From IMG/VR virus record IMGVR_UViG_3300034013_000676, positions 1 to 64,000 of that record: 64,000 nt of DNA; one strand, given 5' to 3'. This document shows positions 17,152-26,327 of this stretch, in pieces (the stretch's first letter is position 1; each line of letters begins with the position of its first letter). The stretch is from a virus. The position numbers were made by a program, and so were the translations under genes. The notes beneath the pieces are model-generated. The model was not told the DNA's origin. It made no database searches and saw only the letters and a list, made by a program, of their open reading frames with translations.

Positions 17152-18726
17152 ATGGATACACCAACAGTAAACTTTAATGTGATAAACCAAACTACCGCTG
17201 TTAGTAGACCGGTTGAAGGAGTAAGCTTCTTCCTAGGAACCTCTATCAGGGGCCCGTTTAATAAACCAAGTGAGATACTTTCTTCGTGGGCATCCTTCGT
17301 TAGGATCTATGGAGGTTTACAAGGAGGAAATCCTGCCTTTAATCTTAAAAGATATTTTGACAAAGGTGGTAAGGCTAGATTCGCTAGATTAGGACATTAC
17401 ACTGATATCTCAGATGCCTCTACCTTAGTTCCTATCAAAGCTCAACCCGACACTCAAATAGCAACAGCAGGTGAAGAGGAGGAACCTTTTTTATTATCAA
17501 TTAAAAATCCAGGCACAGATGGTAATAATATCGTGGTTGAGATTTTAGAACCAACCAATGGACAAATAGGTTTCTTTGATTTAAATATCAAACATGAGAC
17601 TGACACATTCCTTTCAGAAATGTTTCCTAACATTTCTATTCCCTCTGGTTCAACTATTGAGAACTCCAATTACTTAAAGAAAGTGATTGAGTCATCAAAC
17701 CTAGTTAATGTAGAGTATAAAACTATAACTGAGGAGGGTATTATTACACCTTTAGGGAATATTGTACCTATAACCACTTCAGTCGAAGTATCTTACACAG
17801 GTGGTACTGATGCTGCTATAACTGATACTGACATTATAGGGGACTCAAGTAGTAGAACAGGTTTTTATGCCTTTGATGAAGTGGAGGACAGTTATCAAAT
17901 TATGGTTCTAACAGATAATGTAAGTGCCGCAGTCCATACAGCCGGACATGCCTATGCTGCTAATCGACAGGACTTACAATATTGGGCTGCTCCAAACCCC
18001 AAACTAGTTAAAACTAAAGCTGAGCTTATAGCTTTTAGAGAAGCTACGGGTATGACCACAAAATTTGGGGCAATATTCGGTGGAGGTTTAACTGTATTAA
18101 ATCCCGTTAATAGTCAAATTGTTGAAACACCGGGGTTAGCTGACATAGCTGCCTTAGCTGTTAATTCAGAAGTAGCATTCGGACCTTGGTTTTCATTCTC
18201 GGGTAATACTAGGGGATTAATAACTAATGCCTTGGGTGTAACCAATAATTTCGGAACAACCGGAAGTAAAGGGGACCTAAATGAATTGGCTAATCGCCAG
18301 GTAAACATGATTATCAACAGGGATCAACAGATTAAACTATGGGGAGGATTCTCTACTCAAATCAAAAGTGATTCTGAATCCTTCATCAGTATAGTTAAGT
18401 TGGTAATGTTTATCAAGAAAGCATTAAGACCAACCCTAGAAAACTTCTTAGAAGAACCTACAGATATCCCAACATTCTTCAGAATGTATCACGTAGTAAA
18501 ACCCTTTTTTGAAGAATTGGTAAACAGGAGAGCAATAGTTAGTTGGGATTGGAGGGGGGATCAATTCTCTTCATCACCAGCAGACTTTCAAATCAATAAA
18601 GCAATAGATGTTGCTTTAGGTAAATACAAGGTACAATTGGTTATAGTACCAATCGTGGGTATGCAAGAGATTACTATATCTATGTACTTGACTGCTGATG
18701 GGGAACTATTATTTGATGGTAATTAA
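17152..18726 (+). CDS. tail sheath protein
   Basis: RGPFNKP..ILSSWASF..IYG, YTGGTD, PWFSFSG, LWGG, EEPTD motifs. Confidence 0.92.
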   Translation: MDTPTVNFNVINQTTAVSRPVEGVSFFLGTSIRGPFNKPSEILSSWASFVRIYGGLQGGNPAFNLKRYFDKGGKARFARLGHYTDISDASTLVPIKAQPDTQIATAGEEEEPFLLSIKNPGTDGNNIVVEILEPTNGQIGFFDLNIKHETDTFLSEMFPNISIPSGSTIENSNYLKKVIESSNLVNVEYKTITEEGIITPLGNIVPITTSVEVSYTGGTDAAITDTDIIGDSSSRTGFYAFDEVEDSYQIMVLTDNVSAAVHTAGHAYAANRQDLQYWAAPNPKLVKTKAELIAFREATGMTTKFGAIFGGGLTVLNPVNSQIVETPGLADIAALAVNSEVAFGPWFSFSGNTRGLITNALGVTNNFGTTGSKGDLNELANRQVNMIINRDQQIKLWGGFSTQIKSDSESFISIVKLVMFIKKALRPTLENFLEEPTDIPTFFRMYHVVKPFFEELVNRRAIVSWDWRGDQFSSSPADFQINKAIDVALGKYKVQLVIVPIVGMQEITISMYLTADGELLFDGN

Positions 18727-18758
18727 TAAATAACACAATCTAAAAAAACAATAAAGAG

Positions 18759-19220
18759 ATGGCAAAAATAGCAAACCCTAGGAAACAGTTTAACTTTAGT
18801 ATTCAATTTGTTTCCCTACCGATTAACCCTTTCCTGGTTCAAAAGGTAACAATCCCAGAAATAACTATTACCCAAGTAAAACATGGTGATACCAATCATG
18901 ATATTAAAACTGGTGGTAGAGTTGAATATGGGGATATAGAAATAGAAAAACTTATGACCACATCTGGTGCTGATAACTATTTCTACGATTGGGCTTCAAC
19001 AGTAGCTGACAGTTTAATTGGTGGAGGTTTAGTACCACAACAGTATTGGAGAAATCTATTAATTACCGAATTGGCTGAAGATGGTACCTCTATCCTTAAT
19101 ACTTGGTTAGCCCGAGAATGTTGGCCAACTAAAATAAACGGGCAGGAACTTAACCGTATGAGCTCTGAGAACTCTATTGAAAAGATTACTTTATCAACTA
19201 ACGGAGTAGAAAAACTATAA
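18759..19220 (+). CDS. tail tube protein (T4 gp19-like)
   Basis: GRVEYGDIEIEK, FYDW, WLARECWPTK, IEKITL motifs; follows sheath. Confidence 0.9.
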   Translation: MAKIANPRKQFNFSIQFVSLPINPFLVQKVTIPEITITQVKHGDTNHDIKTGGRVEYGDIEIEKLMTTSGADNYFYDWASTVADSLIGGGLVPQQYWRNLLITELAEDGTSILNTWLARECWPTKINGQELNRMSSENSIEKITLSTNGVEKL

Positions 19221-19225
19221 CCACA

Positions 19226-19240
19226 GTTCTTTGACATACT
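19226..19240 (+). promoter_or_regulatory. boxA-like antitermination element
   Basis: GTTCTTTGACATACT, 5 bp after the tube stop codon and 11 bp before a terminator. Confidence 0.6.
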
Positions 19241-19251
19241 AGAATTAAAAC

Positions 19252-19280
19252 AAAAGGGGCCTGCAAGTCCCTTTTTTCTT
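19252..19280 (+). terminator. intrinsic terminator after tail tube gene
   Basis: AAAAGGGGC-CTGCAA-GTCCCTTTTTT. Confidence 0.8.
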
Positions 19281-19308
19281 TGTATATAAATTTTAAATTC
19301 CTATAAAC

Positions 19309-20148
19309 ATGTTACAACAAAATGAAACTAACCCAAAGAATATTATTTGGGGAGCAACTAAAGTCATAACTCTACCCTCCGGTAAGGTGGTTGAGATTAG
19401 AGAACAAAACGGAAATGATGATGATATTTTATCAAATCCCAATGATGCTAACACCGGTGCTAATATTTCTAAGTTTATAGCAGCAATCGTGGTAAGAGCA
19501 TTCTGGAAACCCGAAAATAATTGTAGACTATCTCAACAAGAGGCCAGAGAACTCTTACTAAGAGATAGGTTCTGTATTATCTTTCACAGTCGTATCCTAT
19601 CTATCGGAGAAACAATGAAGTTTACATTTGATTGGGGAGAAGACCCGGTTAAAGGCGGTAAATTTGATTATGAAGAGGACTTAAACAGATACATCTGGGA
19701 CTATGACCAACCCTTCCCAACTGAATATATAAAGGACAGTAATGATGAACTGGTTAAAAACCCGGATTATGATGTTCAAAGGATTGCTCCTTATCCGGTT
19801 GACTCCTATGAGTGGCAGGAAATAAACCTACAAACTGGTAGAAAGGTTAGATTCAAACTATTCAATGGTGAGTCTCAGGAGTATATGTTAAAGTTACCAG
19901 ATGAGGCTATGACCAAAAACACTGAGTTAAAAGCTAGGAGCCTTCAATTCGATAATAATGGTGAATGGTTAAAAGCCGAAAACTTTTCAATGTTTACTTC
20001 TCGGGAAATGTCTGAGATAAGAACTATGGTAAACTTGGTTGATGCTAGTTACAATCCAACAACTGAGATTGAAAACCCCAATACAAAAGAGAAAATGAAT
20101 TACCCTATTATGTATGGTAAGGATTTTTTCTATCAAGAGGGAATTTAG
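19309..20148 (+). CDS. tail assembly chaperone
   Basis: Between tube and tape measure; two LPSG/LQTG-K-V internal repeats; ends with a DFF slippery site. Confidence 0.75.
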   Translation: MLQQNETNPKNIIWGATKVITLPSGKVVEIREQNGNDDDILSNPNDANTGANISKFIAAIVVRAFWKPENNCRLSQQEARELLLRDRFCIIFHSRILSIGETMKFTFDWGEDPVKGGKFDYEEDLNRYIWDYDQPFPTEYIKDSNDELVKNPDYDVQRIAPYPVDSYEWQEINLQTGRKVRFKLFNGESQEYMLKLPDEAMTKNTELKARSLQFDNNGEWLKAENFSMFTSREMSEIRTMVNLVDASYNPTTEIENPNTKEKMNYPIMYGKDFFYQEGI

Positions 20149-20282
20149 AGGCCCAGTTTCTCTTTTTCTCTCGGAATGATTTAAGGTTAAGTTGGGAAGA
20201 ATTTATGAATATGCCTTTCTCTAGGGCACAGAAATTTGAAAACCTTATAATCGAATTTAATAATAAAATCCAAAACACTTAA
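20124..20282 (+). CDS. -1 frameshift extension of the tail assembly chaperone
   Basis: Slippery T TTT TTC at 20124-20130; the -1 frame is open for 52 codons (FFLSRGNLEAQFLFFSRNDLRLSWEEFMNMPFSRAQKF...) and ends 6 bp before the tape measure ATG. Confidence 0.75.
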   Translation, partial: FFLSRGNLEAQFLFFSRNDLRLSWEEFMNMPFSRAQKFENLIIEFNNKIQNT

Positions 20283-20288
20283 AACCTT

Positions 20289-22373
20289 ATGACTGCAGGT
20301 TCAAATCAATTGGCCATTGGGGTATCCTTATTAATGAGGGATGGATTTACGAGTCAAGCAATGCAAGCTCGTAATGCAATGAATGCCTTACATTCCTCCG
20401 GTGATAGATTAGCAAGGCAACAGGCTGTATTAGCAAGGAATTCTAATGCAGCCGGTGCTGCGATTGGGGTAGGCTTAATTACAGGCATGGCTAATATGTA
20501 CAAGCAAAGTGCTGAGTTCGGCTATGTAATGAAATACGTTTCCTTAAACTCTGATGCAACTGGTAAATCATTTGGTAGGTTATCTGATAAAGCCCTAGAA
20601 GTTGGTAAGAGAACAATGTTTACTTCTATTGAGATAGCCAATGGTATGAAGTACTTAGCTCAAGCGGGTCTAAGTGCAGACCAAATTACCAGTACAATTG
20701 ATTCTGCTGCTAACTTGGCACAAGCCACTATGAGTGACCTTCCAATGGCTGCTGACTTAATGAACCGTATGGCTTCTGCTTTCAACATACCCAAGGACAT
20801 GGCTAACATGGCAAGGATTGGAGATGTAATTGGAGCAGCAGCAAATAAATCCGAAACCAACCTAGATGATATGGGTGAGGCTATGAAGTACTCACAATTA
20901 ACAGCAGCTCGTTTAGGTATGACGTTGGAAGAGACAGCAGCATCCCTTATGGTGCTAGCTGGGGTAGGTGCTAGAGGCTCAATGGGAGGTACCGCATTTG
21001 AAAATATGACCCGAGAATTATCTAAAGCTGGGGGGGGCGGTTCTAATAAAAAGAATAAAGCATTGGCTCTATTAGGAATGACCACAGGAGATATTAGGGA
21101 TGCTAATGGTAACCTAGTACCTTTCACAAATATCCTAGCTAAGATTGGTGCGGGTCTAAAAGGTATGGGTAGGGTAGATGCACAAAATGCTTTATCTGAT
21201 TTACTTAACGTAAGAGCAGCAAGGGCTTCTAGTTTAGCCACAGAATTACCTAAGTATATTGGTTACCTTGAACAACTTAACAACAGTAAGGGTTTCACTG
21301 GGAATATGGCCAAAGATATGATGGACACAGATCAAGGTAGGATTGATATTATGATGTCAAACTGGGAAGCACTTAAAATCCAGATGGGTGGTATATTTGC
21401 CACGGTCTTTACTCCGATAGTTAGAGTACTAACAAAGATAACAGATGTAATGTCTTCTTTATTTAGTACTAAACTAGGTAAAGCTATGGGAGCAATGATA
21501 GCTGGATTTATTATGATTAAGACAGTTACTATGGGTTACCGAGCGGTAGTCCTTAGTTTAGCTTTACTACAAAGTGGGATGGGTACAAGCATGGCTAGTA
21601 CAGGAGCATCCACTATTTCATGGTATGGCCGAATGACTACAGCAGCAAGAAGTTATGGGGCTGCAACTGCCTCTGCTTATGCTATGGGAGCATCATCCAT
21701 GTTCTACCCAATGGGATCATCTTCAAGGCTTACAGCTGGAATGAAACCTGATATGAGGTATGCTGCTAACAGACAACAAATGTTTAACCCTTATGTACCG
21801 GGTATGGCTGGAGTTGCAATGGCTGGAAGTGCATTTAGCAGAACTAGTAATTTTCTGGGTAAAGCATCACCTTGGGCAATGATTGGAGGTATGGGACTAT
21901 CAGCATTAGGAAATGAGATGGGACCAGATTCTACAGCTGGTAAAGGTTTAAGTATAGCTGGTAATGCCTTAGGTATGGCGGGAACTGGTGCTATGATTGG
22001 TTCTATGGTGGGTCCACTCGGTACAACTATAGGGGCTGTAGTTGGGGGAGTAGGTTCGTTACTATATTCATTATATGACTCGATGAAAGAAGTTGAGGGT
22101 GAAGTTGAGAAAGGCAAAGACACTGTGGCATTTAATGAAGCTAAATGGAGAAAACAAGCTGAGATATATACCAAGATGAATTGGAAGGATAAAGCCTACA
22201 ATGATTACCTTACAAATAATAGTGGTAGTGTTATGAAGCATGCTGGCGGGGGATTACCGGAAAGAAATGAAATGTCAAGTACAACTGTAATACTTCAAAT
22301 GGATGGAGTAGAGAAACTTAGAAAAACAACAACTGACCTATATGTTAAAGAATTAATAAACTTAGGATACTAA
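20289..22373 (+). CDS. tail tape measure protein
   Basis: TP901-like core (TMFTSIEIANGMKYLAQAG, GARGSMGGTA); Ala/Gly/Met-rich; hydrophobic segments. Confidence 0.92.
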   Translation: MTAGSNQLAIGVSLLMRDGFTSQAMQARNAMNALHSSGDRLARQQAVLARNSNAAGAAIGVGLITGMANMYKQSAEFGYVMKYVSLNSDATGKSFGRLSDKALEVGKRTMFTSIEIANGMKYLAQAGLSADQITSTIDSAANLAQATMSDLPMAADLMNRMASAFNIPKDMANMARIGDVIGAAANKSETNLDDMGEAMKYSQLTAARLGMTLEETAASLMVLAGVGARGSMGGTAFENMTRELSKAGGGGSNKKNKALALLGMTTGDIRDANGNLVPFTNILAKIGAGLKGMGRVDAQNALSDLLNVRAARASSLATELPKYIGYLEQLNNSKGFTGNMAKDMMDTDQGRIDIMMSNWEALKIQMGGIFATVFTPIVRVLTKITDVMSSLFSTKLGKAMGAMIAGFIMIKTVTMGYRAVVLSLALLQSGMGTSMASTGASTISWYGRMTTAARSYGAATASAYAMGASSMFYPMGSSSRLTAGMKPDMRYAANRQQMFNPYVPGMAGVAMAGSAFSRTSNFLGKASPWAMIGGMGLSALGNEMGPDSTAGKGLSIAGNALGMAGTGAMIGSMVGPLGTTIGAVVGGVGSLLYSLYDSMKEVEGEVEKGKDTVAFNEAKWRKQAEIYTKMNWKDKAYNDYLTNNSGSVMKHAGGGLPERNEMSSTTVILQMDGVEKLRKTTTDLYVKELINLGY

Positions 22374-23239
22374 TGGCAAAGATTGTACCAACAGATATAT
22401 TAGAGAAAGCCTTAAAGGCTGCTCAACCGGGACAGACTGCTCAGGACATAATATTCTTTGCAGGTAAAGCCCTTAGGTTAAAAATACTTTATGACCGAGA
22501 ATTTAGGGGTTTTAATAAAGCAGATGTAAATGGTCCTAAGGATGGATTTGAAACATCCGGTATGCCCCAATTAGAACTGGGTAAAAAACAAAGAGAAAAC
22601 CTTAATATACTAGGAAAAAAAGGTAGAACACAACTACAAAGTAACCCTAAAGAAGAATATACATTTGAAAAACCAAAACAAGCATCACCAAATAAAATTC
22701 AAAGAGATTATATAACCATAGTTGATATGGATTTTAGAGATGATGATTTAGCTAAGAGGGGTTACAAAAAATTGGTGATACCCTTTGTACCCCGTGATAT
22801 AAGTTATGAACCCCAATCTAAGTTTGTAGGAATTGCCACGATGGGAAGAAATAACCCTTTTTATCAATTCACGGGGTCAGAGGACACCATTAAATTCGAA
22901 ATTGATTGGTATGCCTTAAAAGAAGAAGATAAGGACCGTAAGGTAGTTATTAATTCATGTAGGTGGGTAGAAGCCCTAAGCAAGGCAGATGGTTATACGG
23001 GAGCCCCCCACAGAGTATCATTAATGTGGAGCCAGGAGAACCTATTATTCAAAGATGACTTATGGATTGTAGTAGATGCCCCTTATGTGTTAACTCAATT
23101 TGTAGATAGTTATCGAGAAAAAAGTATTATAACAAAAGTGGGATTATTACCACAACAGGCTATTCAAACTATAACCTTGAAAAGGGTAACTAGTAGCAAC
23201 AGAACTTCAGAAGAAATTATAGGAAAATTAAGAAAATAA
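22373..23239 (+). CDS. tail tube initiator/baseplate protein (putative)
   Basis: GRNNPFYQFTGSEDTIKFEIDW, P.QA...ITLK pattern; position. Confidence 0.6.
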   Translation: MAKIVPTDILEKALKAAQPGQTAQDIIFFAGKALRLKILYDREFRGFNKADVNGPKDGFETSGMPQLELGKKQRENLNILGKKGRTQLQSNPKEEYTFEKPKQASPNKIQRDYITIVDMDFRDDDLAKRGYKKLVIPFVPRDISYEPQSKFVGIATMGRNNPFYQFTGSEDTIKFEIDWYALKEEDKDRKVVINSCRWVEALSKADGYTGAPHRVSLMWSQENLLFKDDLWIVVDAPYVLTQFVDSYREKSIITKVGLLPQQAIQTITLKRVTSSNRTSEEIIGKLRK

Positions 23240-23243
23240 AATT

Positions 23244-23525
23244 ATGAACCCAACAGATAACCTATACTACAATGGTGTTATAGTAGAATATAAAGAAGGT
23301 GATAAATCATTAGAAAGGTTTATCACACCTTTAGTGTTTGACCTTTACGATAAAAATTACACTATAAAACAAGGGGACACATTACCTAAGTTAGCCGATT
23401 ATTTTTATGATAGTAGTAGGTTATGGTGGGTTATAGCAGATAACAACCAGGATATAATAACTAATATATTTGAGCTAGAGGTGGGTAAACAAATCATAAT
23501 TCCTAATTACAAAAAATTACAATAA
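23244..23525 (+). CDS. LysM/gpX-like baseplate protein
   Basis: YTIKQGDTLPKLADYFY...WWVIADNN...GKQIIIP. Confidence 0.85.
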   Translation: MNPTDNLYYNGVIVEYKEGDKSLERFITPLVFDLYDKNYTIKQGDTLPKLADYFYDSSRLWWVIADNNQDIITNIFELEVGKQIIIPNYKKLQ

Positions 23526-25207
23526 TGTCAGACTATTCAGAAGTATTACCGGATGGATTTGGTGCCCCTTATGTATGGTTAAAAACTGTAGAGGATAAAG
23601 ATATGGTTACCACAGATCTATATGGTAATGAAATAAACCTAAACCAACTCATCACTTCATTCGAGTATAAATATGATGAGGAGAATGATGATACATCTAC
23701 CATTAAATTCCATATGCCTCATATAGAACAAATGAATCACTTTCTTTTTAGAGAGGACCAACAACTTAAAGTTCAATGGGGGTACTTAAGACCTGGCGGT
23801 AATCACTTAAAAGGTGCTACTCGTACAATAGCTGTAAGAGATATTGACAGTAATTATAAAAGTGATGGTATAGATATCGAGATAACTTGCACAGACCTTA
23901 TTTCTTATTTAAAAAATGCTAGGTTAAACAGAACCTCTTCGAGTAACAATTTTGAAGATTGGTTAAGGGAAATAGTTAGTGGGGAATATATACCAAGTGT
24001 TACGATACAAGGAAAAACCACTATATTAAAAACTGATGCTAAAGCCGAGTCATATAAAAATATAGCCGGTATAACAAATCTACATGCTGTATACGAAGAG
24101 GATAAAATATATTGGGGTAAATCAAAGGCTATTACAGCCGAGATAGAAGAACGTTTAGGACAATCAACTAAAGGCCCTTTATATATAGATGGTAGGGATA
24201 ATGTACTAGATATAAAGGATAGAAATTTTAACCAAGCTCCTTATAAGTACTACACATACATGGGAGGCTCTGGTGAACTAATTGAGTTCAGAGCTAAGAG
24301 CAATATCTTAACTTCCCGTGATGGAGAAGCCGAGGAAGCTATCCTTGATAAAGTTGACAAAAAAGTAAAGAAAACAAAATCAGCTACTGATGCGGGTTAT
24401 GATACTGGGAAAGAACCCGAGAAAAAAGAACTTTGGGATAAAGACCAAGCCACTGTTGAAAGGGTAAACAATAATGCTATTGTAGCGGGTTTAAAGAAAC
24501 AATTTGAAAAAGCCATTGAGAATCCCACAGACCAACCATTAGTAGATTCAATAGGTTTTAAAACCTCTATAAGGTATGGAGGCGGTATGACCAGCCCAGT
24601 TAATAGGGATGGTAATACTTCGGTTTATATGCCTAAGTATACAGTTGAGTATATTGAGAAGTTACCAGCCAAACAAGTATTAAACTCCCCCCATATATTA
24701 AGAGCTAGAAGGCTGGCTATCCTTAATAATTACATCCTTAAGAAAGTTGAAAGAAAATATGAGGCTAATGTAAAAACCCTAGGTGACCCCTCTATTATAT
24801 CAAGCAAGGTATATAATTTTAGAAATCTAAGTGATAGAGATAAAGGTGATTGGTACTGTGTATCAGTTACTCATTCAATAACACCTGGTTCTGGGTATAC
24901 AAATATGATGGAGGTTATAAAGAAACCCTCAAGATTGGCCAACCTATTAGAAAGGAGAGAAGAGGCTATTGACCCAGAAGCTGGAGCAGAATATCAAATG
25001 GAAGTATCCTATGAAGAGAATACCAAAGTTATGGATATTTTTCCAGAAACAGGTAACAGTATATACCTAAATGCAGACGATATAACTAGGAGAGTAAATG
25101 AGCAAGTTGCATTTGCTGAAACCTATTATACTAACGATATACCAGTAACCAAGTATGAGACCGGAGAAAACATAAGTATGAACACAATAAATTCAAAAGA
25201 TGCCTAG
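23525..25207 (+). CDS. baseplate hub (gpD/gp27-like)
   Basis: VQWGY, LGDPSI, GDWYCVSVTHSI..GSGYT motifs; position. Confidence 0.75.
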   Translation: MSDYSEVLPDGFGAPYVWLKTVEDKDMVTTDLYGNEINLNQLITSFEYKYDEENDDTSTIKFHMPHIEQMNHFLFREDQQLKVQWGYLRPGGNHLKGATRTIAVRDIDSNYKSDGIDIEITCTDLISYLKNARLNRTSSSNNFEDWLREIVSGEYIPSVTIQGKTTILKTDAKAESYKNIAGITNLHAVYEEDKIYWGKSKAITAEIEERLGQSTKGPLYIDGRDNVLDIKDRNFNQAPYKYYTYMGGSGELIEFRAKSNILTSRDGEAEEAILDKVDKKVKKTKSATDAGYDTGKEPEKKELWDKDQATVERVNNNAIVAGLKKQFEKAIENPTDQPLVDSIGFKTSIRYGGGMTSPVNRDGNTSVYMPKYTVEYIEKLPAKQVLNSPHILRARRLAILNNYILKKVERKYEANVKTLGDPSIISSKVYNFRNLSDRDKGDWYCVSVTHSITPGSGYTNMMEVIKKPSRLANLLERREEAIDPEAGAEYQMEVSYEENTKVMDIFPETGNSIYLNADDITRRVNEQVAFAETYYTNDIPVTKYETGENISMNTINSKDA

Positions 25208-25922
25208 TAATTCAGAATCAATATGGTACAAATTAGTATACTATGGGTTGGAGTTCCTTGGTAAATATTACTCTACTTACAGTGCTGTAGTAACAGACAA
25301 CAATGACCCATTAAAAATGAACCGGGTAAAAGTAATATTCCCTCAACTGGTTCAATTACCACCAGGTGGTATATGGGCTTTACCTAAAGGTGTATGGGGT
25401 GGAAAGAATTACGGTATGCAATTATTACCTGAAAAGGGGGATGTTATCTATGTTGAATTTTCACATGGTGATTTAGAATACCCTATATGGTCACATGGTT
25501 CTTATGGACAGGATGAAATACCTGGAGAATTTACAGGGCCAAATGTTTATGGGTTTAAAACTCCAAAAGGAAATATAGTTCTAATTGATGATAATGATAA
25601 CACAGGGGGTATACTAGTAAAAAGTAAAACTTCTAATGAATATGTTAAAATAACAACTGATACTTTAGAACTAGAAGCTAAATTAATTAAACTGGGTAAG
25701 GAGGGAAAGGAACAAGCTATTTTGGGAAATACCCTTAATGGTATACTAAAAGAACTCATAAATGAACTATCAAATTTATCACAAGCCATAGAGACACACT
25801 CACATCCCAGTAATAATGCACCTACAACAACAGCCACTTCTTTTACATCGATTAAAACTAAGTTAGGAACTATAAAAGGAAAACTTGATAACATCCTAAG
25901 TAACAAGGTAAAATTAGACTAA
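25200..25922 (+). CDS. baseplate central spike (gpV/gp5 OB-fold)
   Basis: VTDNNDPLKMNRVKV, LPEKGDVIYVEFSHGD..YPIW, HSHP apex motif. Confidence 0.88.
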   Translation: MPSNSESIWYKLVYYGLEFLGKYYSTYSAVVTDNNDPLKMNRVKVIFPQLVQLPPGGIWALPKGVWGGKNYGMQLLPEKGDVIYVEFSHGDLEYPIWSHGSYGQDEIPGEFTGPNVYGFKTPKGNIVLIDDNDNTGGILVKSKTSNEYVKITTDTLELEAKLIKLGKEGKEQAILGNTLNGILKELINELSNLSQAIETHSHPSNNAPTTTATSFTSIKTKLGTIKGKLDNILSNKVKLD

Positions 25923-25924
25923 CC

Positions 25925-26326
25925 ATGAGCACAGACTTAAACAATAATAAATTTATAGGCAAAGGGGTAACCTTTCCTATAATCTTAAATGATATGGGTA
26001 GACCTAACATAGAAACTGGTTTACCATTACTAGAATCATCTCTCAAGATGTTAATATTCTGGCCAAAGTTCACCAGGTTCTTTTTAGAGAAATTTGGCTC
26101 AAGGTTAGAAGATGTATTAGAAGAACCAAATGATGATTTAACTGTATCACTATTACAACTCTTTTTAAAAGAAGCTATACAGGACTATGAGAAAAGAATT
26201 ATAATATCTAACGTAAATATCGAAAGGGTTAGCAGTATCAAAGTTAATATCGCTATAAGGTTTTACATTAGAAGCACCAAAATTGAAGAAACATTAATTT
26301 TCCCTTACTATAAAGAACTGAACTAA
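25925..26326 (+). CDS. baseplate wedge gpW/gp25-like
   Basis: GKGVTFP, RFFLEKFGSRL..LEEPND, YEKRI. Confidence 0.88.
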   Translation: MSTDLNNNKFIGKGVTFPIILNDMGRPNIETGLPLLESSLKMLIFWPKFTRFFLEKFGSRLEDVLEEPNDDLTVSLLQLFLKEAIQDYEKRIIISNVNIERVSSIKVNIAIRFYIRSTKIEETLIFPYYKELN

Positions 26327-26327
26327 T

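Noticed and set aside
8502-25906. Numerous minus-strand ORFs inside structural genes (e.g. 9386-10030, 20660-21241)
   Set aside because: They are antisense shadows of well-supported + strand genes with no recognisable motifs.
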